Positions 1 to 10,569 of a DNA stretch of 64,000 bases are shown piece after piece. The stretch spans positions 1,728,001 to 1,792,000 of the forward strand of contig OZ219753.1 of NCBI GenBank assembly GCA_964291315.2. Reading direction: 5' to 3'. The notes under the pieces are model-generated. The model did not search any database. It saw only the letters and a list, made by a program, of their open reading frames with translations, and was not told the DNA's origin. Made by a program: the position numbers and the translations under genes. Each line of letters begins with the position of its first letter. The stretch's first letter is position 1. Source of the DNA: Candidatus Poribacteria bacterium (GTDB lineage: Bacteria > Poribacteria > WGA-4E > WGA-3G).

Positions 1-1254
1 CTATTCAACACGCTTTACCTCATTATCAGCATTCAAAAATGTTTCAACCGTGTAGTCTTTTACGCATCCAGCGTTAGCAAACACGATGAGCTCACCAAAC
101 AAACCGGAGCAGAATACCAGAACCCCACTTGTGATGAAAATAGCACCAAAATTCGGAAGCTCCGCGAGATTCAACACGCTCAGAACAAAAGAGCGGATAG
201 GCGCGGTTAGAAGAAGAACACCGAGTCCGAACAAGAAGGCACCGATCGGTCCCAAAAACCGAACGGGTCTTCGCTTAAATCGAAACATAAAGAGACGGGC
301 CAGCCGACACAATTCTGGTAACTTCTGTTTAGCCCGTCGAATTTTATTTTCCGTTACCCAGCCAAGTACTAACAAAGCTATAGCCAAACCGAAGCAGCTA
401 AATGCCCCGATGTCGGTACTTCCAAACAAGATACGCCCTAAGACGAAAAAAGGGAGGCTGAGCACTGCAGCGGCACGAAACGCCCGCTGCTGCGGATTGA
501 AAAGGATATCGGATAACCGTTGCCATACTTTTTTAGGCTCTCGTGCCCTAGAAAGTGGGGCAAAAATGGAGATGATGAACTTGAACGCCATAATATCTAA
601 CATTACACGCCATACCCTACCGAGTCCATACTTGCTTTTACCGAAACGCCTCGGATGATGTGTGACAACGATTTCAGCGATACGCGCACCAGCAACGGTG
701 GACATCGCAGGAATGAACCGGTGCATCTCTCCATAGAGATGCACCCGTTTAATGACCGAGGCACGATAGGCTTTCAGTGAGCATCCGTTGTCGTGGATAG
801 GCACACCTGTCACCTTACCAATTAGCCAGTTCGCAACGATAGAAGGGACGCGCCGTGTCAAGAATTTATCCTTCCTCTCTTTCCGCCATCCACACACCAA
901 ATCGTGGCCTTCGTCCAATCTTTCAAGGAGTTTAGGGATATCAGCTGGATCGTTTTGCAGATCGCCATCCATACTGACAATCCGTTGCCCTTGAGCGAAT
1001 TCAAATCCTGCCGCCATCGCTGCTGTTTGACCAGCATTCTTTTCAAACCGAATGACCTTCAACTGCGGGACCTGTTTGCTGAGTTCCGAAAGAACCGCAA
1101 AAGTTCCATCGCCGCTCCCGTCATCTACGAACAATACCTCATAGGTGTCATTCATCGCATCGCAGACCGCTTGAATCTTTTCAAACAAGAGAAGAACATT
1201 CTCTTCTTCATTATAAACCGGGACTACAACGGATAAAGTTGGTGTTTCGTCCAT
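1..1254 (-). CDS. Family 2 glycosyltransferase (ArnC/DPM1-like) with extended membrane C-terminus
   Basis: LSVVVPVYNEE, VDDGSGD, MDGDLQNDP, HDNGCSLKAYR and HRFIP motifs of polyprenol-phosphate glycosyltransferases; hydrophobic C-terminal helices. Confidence 0.9.
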   Translation of the reverse strand: MDETPTLSVVVPVYNEEENVLLLFEKIQAVCDAMNDTYEVLFVDDGSGDGTFAVLSELSKQVPQLKVIRFEKNAGQTAAMAAGFEFAQGQRIVSMDGDLQNDPADIPKLLERLDEGHDLVCGWRKERKDKFLTRRVPSIVANWLIGKVTGVPIHDNGCSLKAYRASVIKRVHLYGEMHRFIPAMSTVAGARIAEIVVTHHPRRFGKSKYGLGRVWRVMLDIMAFKFIISIFAPLSRAREPKKVWQRLSDILFNPQQRAFRAAAVLSLPFFVLGRILFGSTDIGAFSCFGLAIALLVLGWVTENKIRRAKQKLPELCRLARLFMFRFKRRPVRFLGPIGAFLFGLGVLLLTAPIRSFVLSVLNLAELPNFGAIFITSGVLVFCSGLFGELIVFANAGCVKDYTVETFLNADNEVKRVE

Positions 1255-1472
1255 ACGCCTCTCTACTTGGCGATCAGATCGCTACGTTCTCAGCTTGCAT
1301 TCTTTCGACGTTTCAGTGATCAGCAGTCCGAGTTAAGTCTGTGAAGAGATATAAAATCTGTAAACTTGCAAAGTTATTTTAGGTTTACCCCAACTTTTGA
1401 TTCAACTGACCACCTCTTCAACACTTTGACCTGCCTGATGCCTGAAAATGAGCGAAGGGAACGCTTTGAACG

Positions 1473-2201
1473 CTAGCGCCAGTACGAGGCATTTAAAAGA
1501 ATCTGATGTGCTTCGCTGAGTGAGTCGAAAGTTCCTGCATCAACCCACTTTCCGCGTACAACACTGTATTCCAGTTCCCCACGATGTATGTAGGCGTTAT
1601 TGACAGCAGTTATCTCATACTCTCCGCGCGCGGAAGGCTCAATCGTGCGGATGATGTCAAACACAGATGCATCGTAAAAATAGGCACCTACGACGGCGTA
1701 ATCACTCTTCGGGTGCTCCGGCTTTTCGTCAATTGCGATGAGGCGGTGATCCCTGTTCAAAACCGCTACACCGTAACGTTCCGGGTCCGATACCTGCTTG
1801 AGCAAGACACGGGCCCCGGTCTGCTGCGCATGAAAATCATCGGCCGCCTGCTGAATTGAGGTTTCAAAGATATTGTCGCCCAGCAGAACTGCGATCTTAC
1901 CGTTGTTTGCAAACCTTTCTGCCAATGCCAAGGCGGGCGCGATGCCTGTCGCCTCTTCCTGAACCCGATATGTGAATTCACATCCAAAGTCCTTTCCGCT
2001 CCCCAGGGCGTTCGCAAAGTCGCCTACATATTGCGGATTCGTCACAATAAGAACATCGGTAATGCCTGCTGCAGTAAGCTGCCTAACACTGTGAAACACC
2101 ATCGGCTCATTGCCAACAGGCAAGAGATGTTTACTAGTGACTTTGGTGAGTGGATACAAGCGGGTCCCCAGTCCGCCTGCAAGGATTACGCCTTTAAGCA
2201 C
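1473..2201 (-). CDS. Sugar-phosphate nucleotidyltransferase (glucose-1-phosphate thymidylyltransferase-like)
   Basis: KGVILAGGLGTRLYPLT, SKHLLPV, LLGDNIF, SARGEYEIT, WVDAGT. Confidence 0.9.
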   Translation of the reverse strand: MLKGVILAGGLGTRLYPLTKVTSKHLLPVGNEPMVFHSVRQLTAAGITDVLIVTNPQYVGDFANALGSGKDFGCEFTYRVQEEATGIAPALALAERFANNGKIAVLLGDNIFETSIQQAADDFHAQQTGARVLLKQVSDPERYGVAVLNRDHRLIAIDEKPEHPKSDYAVVGAYFYDASVFDIIRTIEPSARGEYEITAVNNAYIHRGELEYSVVRGKWVDAGTFDSLSEAHQILLNASYWR

Positions 2202-2204
2202 GGT

Positions 2205-3104
2205 TTAACTATTCCCGCCCCGTCCGGGGAAAGTGAGTTCAGCGACACCCGATTTATCTAAACCGCCCAATCCAAGTTCAATCATTCGATCATATTGCGC
2301 CTTAGCTGCCTGCGCGAGCGGCAGAAAAATGCCAGCGTCATCCGCCAAATCAAGCGCGATACCTGAATCCTTAGAGGCGTGTGCCGCTGAGAAATAACAT
2401 TCATGATCACGTGCTGCCATGTCCTCTCCATCAGTTTCCAAGACCCGAGAGTTGGCACCAGTTTGGGCAAATACCTTTTGTAACATCGTCAGATCCAATC
2501 CGAGTGCTGCACCCAAGCCGAGTCCTTCAGCGAGTCCAGCAGTGTTGATGTTCATCACCATGTTGACAAGTGCCTTGACTTGTGCTGCCTGGCCAGCTTC
2601 ACCGATATAATGCACGGAAATACTCATTGATTCCAGAATGCGGAGGGTCTTGTCGAACGTCCCCTTTTTACCGCCACACATGAGATAGAGCGTGCCTTCT
2701 CGCGCCTGTGTGATACTGCTTGCCATACATCCTTCAAGGCTCTCTGCACCATATTTCGCCGCGAGCTGCTCAATATCAATGTGGACCTGCGGACTAACCG
2801 TTGCACAATTAATAAAGACCTTGCCAGCCGCGTTCTTGAGTAGGCTATTCGGGGTGTCTTCGGAGAAAATCGCCCGCATCGCAGCGTCATCCGTGACAAC
2901 AGTAATGATATAGTCTGCAAGTGCTGTAACCGTTGTGAGTTCGCCAGCCGCTGTTACCCCGATCTCCGCTGCTAGTTCTTCCGAACGTTCGCTTGTAACA
3001 TCGTATACAACGGCCACGCTAAACCCTTCATCGTTGAGATGACGAGCAATATTTGCACCCATCCTGCCCACACCTACAACGCCAATTTTATAATTTGAAT
3101 TCAT
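2205..3104 (-). CDS. NAD(P)-dependent oxidoreductase, 3-hydroxyisobutyrate dehydrogenase family
   Basis: IGVVGVGRMGANIA Rossmann motif; GTLYLMCGG; catalytic K-x-x-N in VKALVNM. Confidence 0.88.
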   Translation of the reverse strand: MNSNYKIGVVGVGRMGANIARHLNDEGFSVAVVYDVTSERSEELAAEIGVTAAGELTTVTALADYIITVVTDDAAMRAIFSEDTPNSLLKNAAGKVFINCATVSPQVHIDIEQLAAKYGAESLEGCMASSITQAREGTLYLMCGGKKGTFDKTLRILESMSISVHYIGEAGQAAQVKALVNMVMNINTAGLAEGLGLGAALGLDLTMLQKVFAQTGANSRVLETDGEDMAARDHECYFSAAHASKDSGIALDLADDAGIFLPLAQAAKAQYDRMIELGLGGLDKSGVAELTFPGRGGNS

Positions 3105-3395
3105 CGAGTCTACCTCCTTGCCCTTATTCTGTCTAATTTTCGCATGCTAATAGGCTATTTCAATTTTTACATATTTTTCGATGTTTGTCAAGTTTTTCAT
3201 ATTTTTGCGTTTTCCTCAGGATGATTTAGCCTCCGGGGCTCTGCATTGTAGGGTAGAAGTTGCAATCAGGAGATCATCTGCAAAACGAAGCATTGGAATT
3301 TAGAAATCCATTTTATCAAACCTTCCGCTACAAACCTCTATTCCGTTGTGTCGGCGGTCCCGTAACGGTTAATCAGTTGTGTTAAGTAAAAAGAT

Positions 3396-3424
3396 TTGAT
3401 AAAGTGTCTACAATGTGGTATAAT
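3396..3424 (+). promoter_or_regulatory. Sigma70-type promoter of the TnpB remnant
   Basis: TTGATA-N17-TATAAT with extended -10 TG. Confidence 0.65.
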
Positions 3425-3832
3425 ATCTGCATTTCGTTAGGCAGACATAATCGGCATTGTCTCTCGACAATGCGTCTGCTACCCACTAATCGGAGGGTAA
3501 GGCGACATACGAGGTACACCATTGTATAGCACACAACACAAACTCTTTCGCGCGATTCGTAATCGCAATCTGAAACGATTGACGTGGATAGCACACGATA
3601 TTTGGAACTATTGCTTACGGCGACAACGCACGCGTCATTCGCGCCGTCGGTTTCCGTATAGGGCCTATAAGGTTGAGACATTAACCTTTGGATGAGCCGG
3701 TGTCAAAGTAAAGGTTGTGAGCTCCGCTCGTAGACTTCGGTTTCCGAAGTTGGAAACCTGCAACCTGCACCAAAAAGCATGGGATCCATTTCTAGAAGAA
3801 TCCCATAGGCTTTAAATGGGGGAGTAGGTCAA
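3396..3832 (+). mobile_element. Internally deleted IS200/IS605-family (TnpB) element
   Basis: 57-codon ORF 3522-3695 (LYSTQHKLFRAIRNRNLKRLTWIAHDIWNYCLRRQR) resembles a TnpB N-terminus; 3797-3832 AGAATCCCATAGGCTTTAAATGGGGGAGTAGGTCAA resembles the IS605-type right-end hairpin ending in TCAA. Confidence 0.7.
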
Positions 3833-3878
3833 AAGAAGTCAAATTAGCTAATATCAGAAAATTATTGACATTAAATTG

Positions 3879-3906
3879 TTGACATTTTTTGCAAATTCAG
3901 TATAAT
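3879..3906 (+). promoter_or_regulatory. Sigma70 promoter for the TPR lipoprotein gene
   Basis: TTGACA-N16-TATAAT; AAGGAGG RBS before ATG 3982. Confidence 0.7.
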
Positions 3907-3981
3907 ATAAAGAACACTGAGCAGTTGCCGGATAATTTACAAATATATCGGCACATTTTTAATTTTTAAGGAGGACTCACG

Positions 3982-5382
3982 ATGAACCGTTTCACATATG
4001 GTTTCGATCTCCGTGTAGGTCGAGCCCATCTTCTCATCCTTGCCTTCGCACTCCTATCTGTGACGATTCTCGGATGCGGGCAAGGCGGTATTAATCTCAT
4101 TCCGATAGGTGCCAAGGTCCAGAATGCCGACAGCGCGTTTGACGAAGCAGAAACGATGGAGGTACGCGACGACGATCCCGAAAAAATGGAAAAGAATCGC
4201 GCAAGACAGCGGGAACTTTACGATAAAGCGATGGCGCTCTATTTAGAAGTTATCGAACGCGATGAAAAAGGGAAATGGGCACAGCGCGCGCATTATCAGA
4301 TCGCTAAAATCTATAAGCGGCGCTATGAATGGGACAAAGCAATTGAACATTATGACACCATTGTCGCCCTGGACCCCACAGGATATTACGCCAACGAAGC
4401 TAAAAGTGGCACAGCGAATATTCGGAAAAACCGAGAGACCATTAAGACAAAGCGCGCTGACTTCCAAAACTACAAAGCTATTTATGATAACTCACCGACA
4501 GACGAGACCTTTAATATCGCTGCAGAAGCACTCTACGAAGTCGCCCGCGCTTATGAAAGCTTAGAGAATTACCCAGAAGCTATTCGTAACTATGAGCGAA
4601 TGGTTGCAGAATTTCCTAAGCATCCGAAAGCCCCACAAGCACAATTCCAAATTGGCAACGTCTACTTCTACACGCTTTATGATTATAAAGGCGGCTGGCC
4701 CGCTTATGTCGCAGTCACTGAGAAATTTCCGGATTCTTACGAAGCCTCACAAGCCGGAACACTCTTGAAGCAGACAGCGGAAGTTTTGACCGAGATCAGC
4801 TTCTTGAAGGACGAAATCGATAAGTTTCGCAACAAGAAAGCAGTCCAATACCAAAAGTCCGGACGAAAAATTACCCCCGCGGATATGTGGGTGATGGGGT
4901 ATAGCGACCAAGTCGTCCAAAATTTTCAACAGATTGCCGGAAATTGGGAAAAACTTCGTAACTTTCCACGCGCTATTAATGCCTACAAAACTTTGGCGAG
5001 AGATTTATCACACAAGAAATTCGCAGCCGCAGACGCTCTATACCGTACCGGTACGCTCTATCAGCAAAACGGTGAATACGAGCGCGCAATTGAGGCATAT
5101 GAAAATCTGTTTGAAAAAGCGCCCGAGTCGACATGGCGAAACGAAGCCGTTTACCAACAAGCCGTCTGTTACCGTTCCATCCGTGAATTCGGATCCGCCT
5201 ACGAAGGATTTAAAGCCTACATGAGCATTACAAAGGGCGATACACCCTACCTTCGAGAAGCAGAGCAGATTGTACGTCAGTACGAACTTGATCAAGATGA
5301 AGATGGATACAAGTTCTATGAGGAGCAAGAAGCCGGAACATCCGATCAAGATGCAAATTCCTACCCCGGTATGGGAAGCTAA
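3982..5382 (+). CDS. Tetratricopeptide-repeat lipoprotein (BamD/CpoB-like repeats)
   Basis: Lipobox ILG-C; repeated A.YQIA..Y.....AI..Y helical pairs; C-terminal DQDEDG..EE..GT acidic motif. Confidence 0.8.
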   Translation: MNRFTYGFDLRVGRAHLLILAFALLSVTILGCGQGGINLIPIGAKVQNADSAFDEAETMEVRDDDPEKMEKNRARQRELYDKAMALYLEVIERDEKGKWAQRAHYQIAKIYKRRYEWDKAIEHYDTIVALDPTGYYANEAKSGTANIRKNRETIKTKRADFQNYKAIYDNSPTDETFNIAAEALYEVARAYESLENYPEAIRNYERMVAEFPKHPKAPQAQFQIGNVYFYTLYDYKGGWPAYVAVTEKFPDSYEASQAGTLLKQTAEVLTEISFLKDEIDKFRNKKAVQYQKSGRKITPADMWVMGYSDQVVQNFQQIAGNWEKLRNFPRAINAYKTLARDLSHKKFAAADALYRTGTLYQQNGEYERAIEAYENLFEKAPESTWRNEAVYQQAVCYRSIREFGSAYEGFKAYMSITKGDTPYLREAEQIVRQYELDQDEDGYKFYEEQEAGTSDQDANSYPGMGS

Positions 5383-5401
5383 TTCCCAACTAACCCGAAT
5401 T

Positions 5402-5438
5402 ATAGGGAAACCAGGGCCTCATGTTTTGGTTTCCCTAT
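5402..5438 (+). terminator. Hairpin/terminator after the TPR gene
   Basis: 12-bp perfect stem ATAGGGAAACCA/TGGTTTCCCTAT followed by a pyrimidine tract. Confidence 0.6.
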
Positions 5439-5561
5439 CCCCTTTTATAACGAGGATGTTTTCGTTAGAGCTCTGGCTCTCAATTTGTACTGTAGAATTG
5501 ATGTCAGCACCCCACCATGACTTAACATACAGTCTATAGAACCATTGGATAAACAACGGAT

Positions 5562-6443
5562 ATGAGAGAAGTAACGCCACAAGTTGAAATCATCGCTGAA
5601 ACAAAAATGGATTTCGAACAACTTCAATCTTATTTGGATACGATTGGAGCAACAGAATATGACCCGCAACCCGCCGAAGCCGATGGCGAATCTCTGGTAA
5701 TAGCCGCCGGCAAGACGTGTTATCGAAGCTGGCAGCCTGGGCTGAATCCGAATGTAACAAGAACACGCAACGATGCAAAAGAGTATATCGGCAATATTAT
5801 AGACACAGGACACGGAAGCGTCCTCGAACATGCATCAGTCTCATTCCTAATTTACAATGTGTCCCGCGTGTTTACCCACGAACTCGTCAGACACCGCGTC
5901 GGAACCGCATTCAGCCAAGAAAGCCTCCGCTTTGTGCGGTTGACAGATATTGACTTCTGGATTCCACGGATCCTGAAAGATGAAGATAATGATGCCGGAG
6001 AAGGGGTCGCCCTTATCAAGACGGTAATTGAATACCTCGAATCCGCGCAAGAAAAACTCGCAAAAATTTATCAAATTGATGAACGAAAAAGCTTCGCTAT
6101 GAAGAAAAAACTGACCTCAGCTTTCAGAAGAATCGCTCCTATGGGAGTCGCAACCTGCATCGTATTTTCGATGAATCTTCGCACAGCACGCCATCTTATA
6201 CCCTTGAGGACTTCAAGGCACTCAGAAGAAGAAATCCGCCTCGTTTTCTCACAGATTGCCGAGATTCTCGTTGAACGGTTCCCAAACGTCTTTCAAGACT
6301 TCCATTTCCGGAGAGTCAGCGGGTATAAAGAATGGTACGCAGAGAACGCGGCACAACCCTATGATAAATCCGATTACGAACTCCGCAATTTAGAGCAACA
6401 GATTGAAAAACCGGAAAAACCGAAAAAAAATGGGCAAGAGTAG
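5562..6443 (+). CDS. thyX: FAD-dependent thymidylate synthase
   Basis: GHGSVLEH and ELVRHRVGTAFSQESLRFV ThyX signature. Confidence 0.95.
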   Translation: MREVTPQVEIIAETKMDFEQLQSYLDTIGATEYDPQPAEADGESLVIAAGKTCYRSWQPGLNPNVTRTRNDAKEYIGNIIDTGHGSVLEHASVSFLIYNVSRVFTHELVRHRVGTAFSQESLRFVRLTDIDFWIPRILKDEDNDAGEGVALIKTVIEYLESAQEKLAKIYQIDERKSFAMKKKLTSAFRRIAPMGVATCIVFSMNLRTARHLIPLRTSRHSEEEIRLVFSQIAEILVERFPNVFQDFHFRRVSGYKEWYAENAAQPYDKSDYELRNLEQQIEKPEKPKKNGQE

Positions 6444-6533
6444 GCTACACTTATGAACCCCGGCCATCTCGACTTACAACGCCACGCCTACATTAAATGC
6501 TTGAAATCTGCAGTCGCAGGTAAGGAAAATACT

Positions 6534-7328
6534 ATGTTTACAAAAATATTTCGTATCAGAATACTGTCTGAAGCTTGTGTCGAATCTACGATCCGTTATT
6601 TATTCACTTCGCTTTGTCTAATTCTATTAGCCAGTCTGCCAAGCACTGCCGATCTCACGAATGGACTCATCAACTATTGGCCACTTGATGGCGATGCCAC
6701 TGACAGGATCGGTAAACACGATGGAGAAGTCGTCGGGGCGGCTGTCTGGGTGAACGCGCGCGTCGGTAAAGGAGTCAAATTGGACGGCGGCTCCCAGAAA
6801 ATCCATATTCCCGATTACAAACTTATCACCGAAACAACAACTTTTGCCGCATGGATCAACGGGTGGAAAGCCTCAGAGTGGGCAGGCATCGTCGGATCGC
6901 GGACACCGACTGCTACAGAACTCATATTCGGAGACAACGACCTTCTCCATTATGTCTGGAACAATAATTCTGCCGAGACATGGCGGTGGGACGGTGGCCC
7001 CGAGATTCCCATGGAGGAGTGGGCCCTCACCGCGATGACGATTGAACCGAAACACGCAATACTCTACATCTATAGTGAAGCCGGCGGACTAGCGAAAGGG
7101 ATCAATAACATTCCACACATTGAACAGCAGATTGGCCCATTGAACATCGGATGGGTTGACTGTTGCGGCGGTAATCGGTACTTCAAAGGTATTATTGACG
7201 AAGTGATGATATTCGATCGGGTTTTGTCTGAAGATGAGATATTAAAGCTTGCAGAACAAGGACTCGCCGTGGATGCACTAAATAAATTAGCAACGACCTG
7301 GGGAAGACTCAGACGTTCACACCGTTGA
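6534..7328 (+). CDS. Secreted LamG/concanavalin-like domain protein with C-terminal KLATTWGRLR motif
   Basis: GLINYWPLDG and YFKGIIDEVMIFDRVLSEDEI LamG-3 motifs; start chosen at the ATG after TAAGGA. Confidence 0.8.
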   Translation: MFTKIFRIRILSEACVESTIRYLFTSLCLILLASLPSTADLTNGLINYWPLDGDATDRIGKHDGEVVGAAVWVNARVGKGVKLDGGSQKIHIPDYKLITETTTFAAWINGWKASEWAGIVGSRTPTATELIFGDNDLLHYVWNNNSAETWRWDGGPEIPMEEWALTAMTIEPKHAILYIYSEAGGLAKGINNIPHIEQQIGPLNIGWVDCCGGNRYFKGIIDEVMIFDRVLSEDEILKLAEQGLAVDALNKLATTWGRLRRSHR

Positions 7329-7355
7329 ACAGAATTATAAGACACTGCCTCGGCA

Positions 7356-8177
7356 TTAAAGAAACAATTGAACCCGAGGACGTTGCTCTGAAGGCAGGTA
7401 GCTAAACACTTTCTGTCGGATGAGCTCTGGCGTGTAGCGGCGGGAGAAATGCGTCAGTACAATGTGCTCCCCCTCAAAATCGGCTAACATAGCGGGTAAC
7501 ATTTCAAGGTGCAAGTGCATCGTCCGCTCTGCGCGTATCCGATGTTCCGGTAGAATAAATGTACATTCGCAGATCAGCACTTTGCACTGTTTGAGTAGCG
7601 GATGCGAATCAATAGCGATGCTCCGCGTATCTCCAAAATAAGCAACTAACGGCAATTGTACCTCCATCGTTACCTCGGTCCCTGATTTTCTCAATTCGGC
7701 AATGGCGCGCCCAGATAAGTGTTGAAAATCTGGCTTCAGCTTCTTGCGAACCTCACAAATTAGATAAGAAACTGCAGGGACACTATGGTTGCTAGGCAAA
7801 ATGTGTGCAATTAGATTCTGGCGAAACGGAACTACATCCCCTACTCTGACAGGGTTAATTTGATATACCCAACTTCGACCCATATCTAACGCAGAAATTC
7901 TATCGAGGATCTGAACGAGTTGCTTAGAACCGCTCGAAGGAACATAAATATTACCGGGGGGGATACCAGAAAGCCAACGTTGGCTGATATAGATCGGTAA
8001 CCCGAAGTAGTGATCCAGGTGAAAGTGTGAGATAAAAATGTTATCAATGCCGATGAAATTCATCGGACATCTGCCTAAATCAAAAACCAAATCTAGCTCC
8101 CTCACCCGGATATAAGTAGCAACGGCGGAGCTCGATTTTCCTTCAAGTGTTAAATTACTACATTGCAATAACGTCAT
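7356..8177 (-). CDS. Metallo-beta-lactamase fold hydrolase, RNase Z-like
   Basis: ISHFHLDH, YFGDT, LICECTF, VLTHFSRRY motifs. Confidence 0.8.
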   Translation of the reverse strand: MTLLQCSNLTLEGKSSSAVATYIRVRELDLVFDLGRCPMNFIGIDNIFISHFHLDHYFGLPIYISQRWLSGIPPGNIYVPSSGSKQLVQILDRISALDMGRSWVYQINPVRVGDVVPFRQNLIAHILPSNHSVPAVSYLICEVRKKLKPDFQHLSGRAIAELRKSGTEVTMEVQLPLVAYFGDTRSIAIDSHPLLKQCKVLICECTFILPEHRIRAERTMHLHLEMLPAMLADFEGEHIVLTHFSRRYTPELIRQKVFSYLPSEQRPRVQLFL

Positions 8178-8263
8178 ATTAAGTGGTTATGAGTTGTCAG
8201 TTATCAATTGTCAGAAAAATAGACATCGGTTTAACTCTTCACGTTTCGCGAAAGGACAAAAAA

Positions 8264-9121
8264 ATGCGTATCGGAATTATTGGGGGCAGCGGCTTCTACC
8301 AGATAGAAGGCTTAACAGACATCGAAAAAATCCATGTCGAAACCCCGTTCGGCAAACCGAGCGATGCTCTCATTCTGGGTAACCTAGACGGGAAACCTGT
8401 TGTTTTCTTACCTCGACACGGTGTCGGTCACCGAATCCCTCCCTCCGAGGTTAATGTTCGCGCTAACATCTATGCCTTAAAATCGTTAGATGTTGAATGG
8501 CTTATTTCTGTCAGTGCGGTCGGAAGTCTTCGACAAGATATTGAGCCTCGTCATTTCGTTGTACCCGATCAACTCTATGATCACACCAAACACCGCGAAT
8601 CTACCTTTTTTGGAGACGGGCTTGCCGCACACATCAGCCTTGCCCATCCCTTCTGTTCACAGCTGACCAAGTTCCTTGCCACAGGCACCTCGGAAACCGG
8701 GGCGGCGGTGCATAACGGTGGTACTTACATCTGCATAGAGGGACCAGCGTTCTCAACGCAAGCAGAATCTAACGTCTACCGGCACCTCGGCTTCGATATT
8801 ATTGGCATGACCGCAGCACCTGAAGCCAAGCTCGCCCGCGAAGCAGAAATCTGCTACGCCGTTCTCGCATGCTCCACTGATTACGACTGCTGGCACCCCG
8901 AACATGATAATGTCACTACCGAGATGATCCTTGACAACGTTCGTTTTAACGTCGAGACTTCCAAAAAAATAGTACGCAGCACTATCGCCCAAATCCCTGA
9001 CGGAAGCCGTACGTGCCTCTGTTCAAACGCCCTTCAATACGCCATCGCTACTGATCCGAACAAGATAACACTTGCAAAACGACATCAGTTAAAACTCTTG
9101 CTGGACAAGTACTTGACGTAG
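8264..9121 (+). CDS. mtnP: S-methyl-5'-thioadenosine phosphorylase
   Basis: IGIIGGSG, FLPRHG, IEGPAFST, GMT..PEAKLAREAE, TDYDCW. Confidence 0.93.
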   Translation: MRIGIIGGSGFYQIEGLTDIEKIHVETPFGKPSDALILGNLDGKPVVFLPRHGVGHRIPPSEVNVRANIYALKSLDVEWLISVSAVGSLRQDIEPRHFVVPDQLYDHTKHRESTFFGDGLAAHISLAHPFCSQLTKFLATGTSETGAAVHNGGTYICIEGPAFSTQAESNVYRHLGFDIIGMTAAPEAKLAREAEICYAVLACSTDYDCWHPEHDNVTTEMILDNVRFNVETSKKIVRSTIAQIPDGSRTCLCSNALQYAIATDPNKITLAKRHQLKLLLDKYLT

Positions 9122-10441
9122 GGTTTCAAATATTCTATCCGCCTCTGCCTCGGTTAGAATGAGCGGCGGGGCAACAAAAATAATATTTTCCGGCTCCTCA
9201 ACCGCATGGCCGATTTTCCCGACGATGATCCCTTTGTCTCGTAAGAGTCCTACAATCTGGTTCGTTTTTGCTGTTTCAAGATGGCCACCATCGGCTCCAA
9301 TAAGTTCCACAGCGAGCATCAACCCTTTGCCTCGAATATCACCAACGATGGGCAGCGTAGACAACGTTTCTAACTTGGAGTGTAGATACGCCCCCACTTT
9401 TTCCGCATTTTCCCAGAGACGCTCCTCTTGAAGAATTTTCAGATTCGCGATTCCAGCCGCACATGCCACAGGATGTCCACCGTAGGTACAGACTTGTGCA
9501 AATTCCTTATTTTCATCGGTTTCTCCGAGGAATACGTCGAAAACTCCGTCTGAAGCCACACAGGCACCAAGCGGTATATAGCCGCTCGTTAACCCTTTTG
9601 CCAACGTGATGAGGTCGGGCTGTACGCCCCAATGCTCACACGCGAACATTTTTCCAGTCCGCCCAAAGCCGGTGATTACTTCATCAAAAATGAGGAGTAG
9701 TCCGTAATCGTCACAGATTTGCCTGAGCTTTGGTAGATAGTCGTCTGGCGGCACGATGACCCCACCGCCACCGATAATGGGTTCAGCAATCACAGCGATT
9801 ACGGTCTCGGGGCCCTCCAATTGGATTATTCGTTCAATCTCGTTCGCGCATGCAATACCACAGGAAGAGGCATCCAAACCGAGGGGACAGCGGTAACAGT
9901 AGGGCGGGTGTGCATGCAGGAATCCCGGCACAAGCGGCTCAAACGCTTTTCGTCTTCGTGCCTGTCCCGTCGCTGAAAGTGCACCACACGTAAATCCGTG
10001 ATAGCCGCGATATCGACTGATAATCTTATAACGATTCTCACCGGGATAAGTTTGCCTTCCATACTGCCGCGCCATTTTTATCGCTGTCTCGTTCGCTTCC
10101 GAACCGCTGTTACAAAAATAGACGTGGTTTAAATCCCCCGGGAGAGACGCTGCGAGTTGTTCGGCTAATACTGTGGCGGGAGCGTTAATTTGCGAGTGTG
10201 GATAGTACGGCAACTGCTGTATTTGCTCGTATACAGCATCAGCAATCTCTTGACGTCCATAACCGACATTAACATTCCACAAAGCAGAATAAGCGTCTAG
10301 GTACTCGCGGCCATCCGCATCCACGAGCGTTGTCCCATGTGCGGATTCAAAAACAACTAATGATGTCTCATCAAGGCGGCGATGTTGAAACAGCGGATGC
10401 CATACATGCGCCTTATCTATTTCTCTGTAATTTATCGTCAT
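9089..10441 (-). CDS. Class-III PLP-dependent aminotransferase (omega-amino acid/BioA-like)
   Basis: [38 protein letters not shown]; 33-nt convergent overlap with mtnP. Confidence 0.92.
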   Translation of the reverse strand: MTINYREIDKAHVWHPLFQHRRLDETSLVVFESAHGTTLVDADGREYLDAYSALWNVNVGYGRQEIADAVYEQIQQLPYYPHSQINAPATVLAEQLAASLPGDLNHVYFCNSGSEANETAIKMARQYGRQTYPGENRYKIISRYRGYHGFTCGALSATGQARRRKAFEPLVPGFLHAHPPYCYRCPLGLDASSCGIACANEIERIIQLEGPETVIAVIAEPIIGGGGVIVPPDDYLPKLRQICDDYGLLLIFDEVITGFGRTGKMFACEHWGVQPDLITLAKGLTSGYIPLGACVASDGVFDVFLGETDENKEFAQVCTYGGHPVACAAGIANLKILQEERLWENAEKVGAYLHSKLETLSTLPIVGDIRGKGLMLAVELIGADGGHLETAKTNQIVGLLRDKGIIVGKIGHAVEEPENIIFVAPPLILTEAEADRIFETLRQVLVQQEF

Positions 10442-10569
10442 GTTCTTCCTATCGTCACCGGCTGTCGACTATCTGTGCATCCGCCCCGTTTACTTTCATC
10501 AGCACGGGGCGCTGCGTTTACGATGTTTTGACTGCCACACGTATCTCTTTACTGAAAGTTAATAGTCTG

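Noticed and set aside
1310-1450. Heptamer-like TCAG/CTGA periodic remnants (also near 8192, 21235, 38062)
   Set aside because: Too degenerate to define a unit or boundaries
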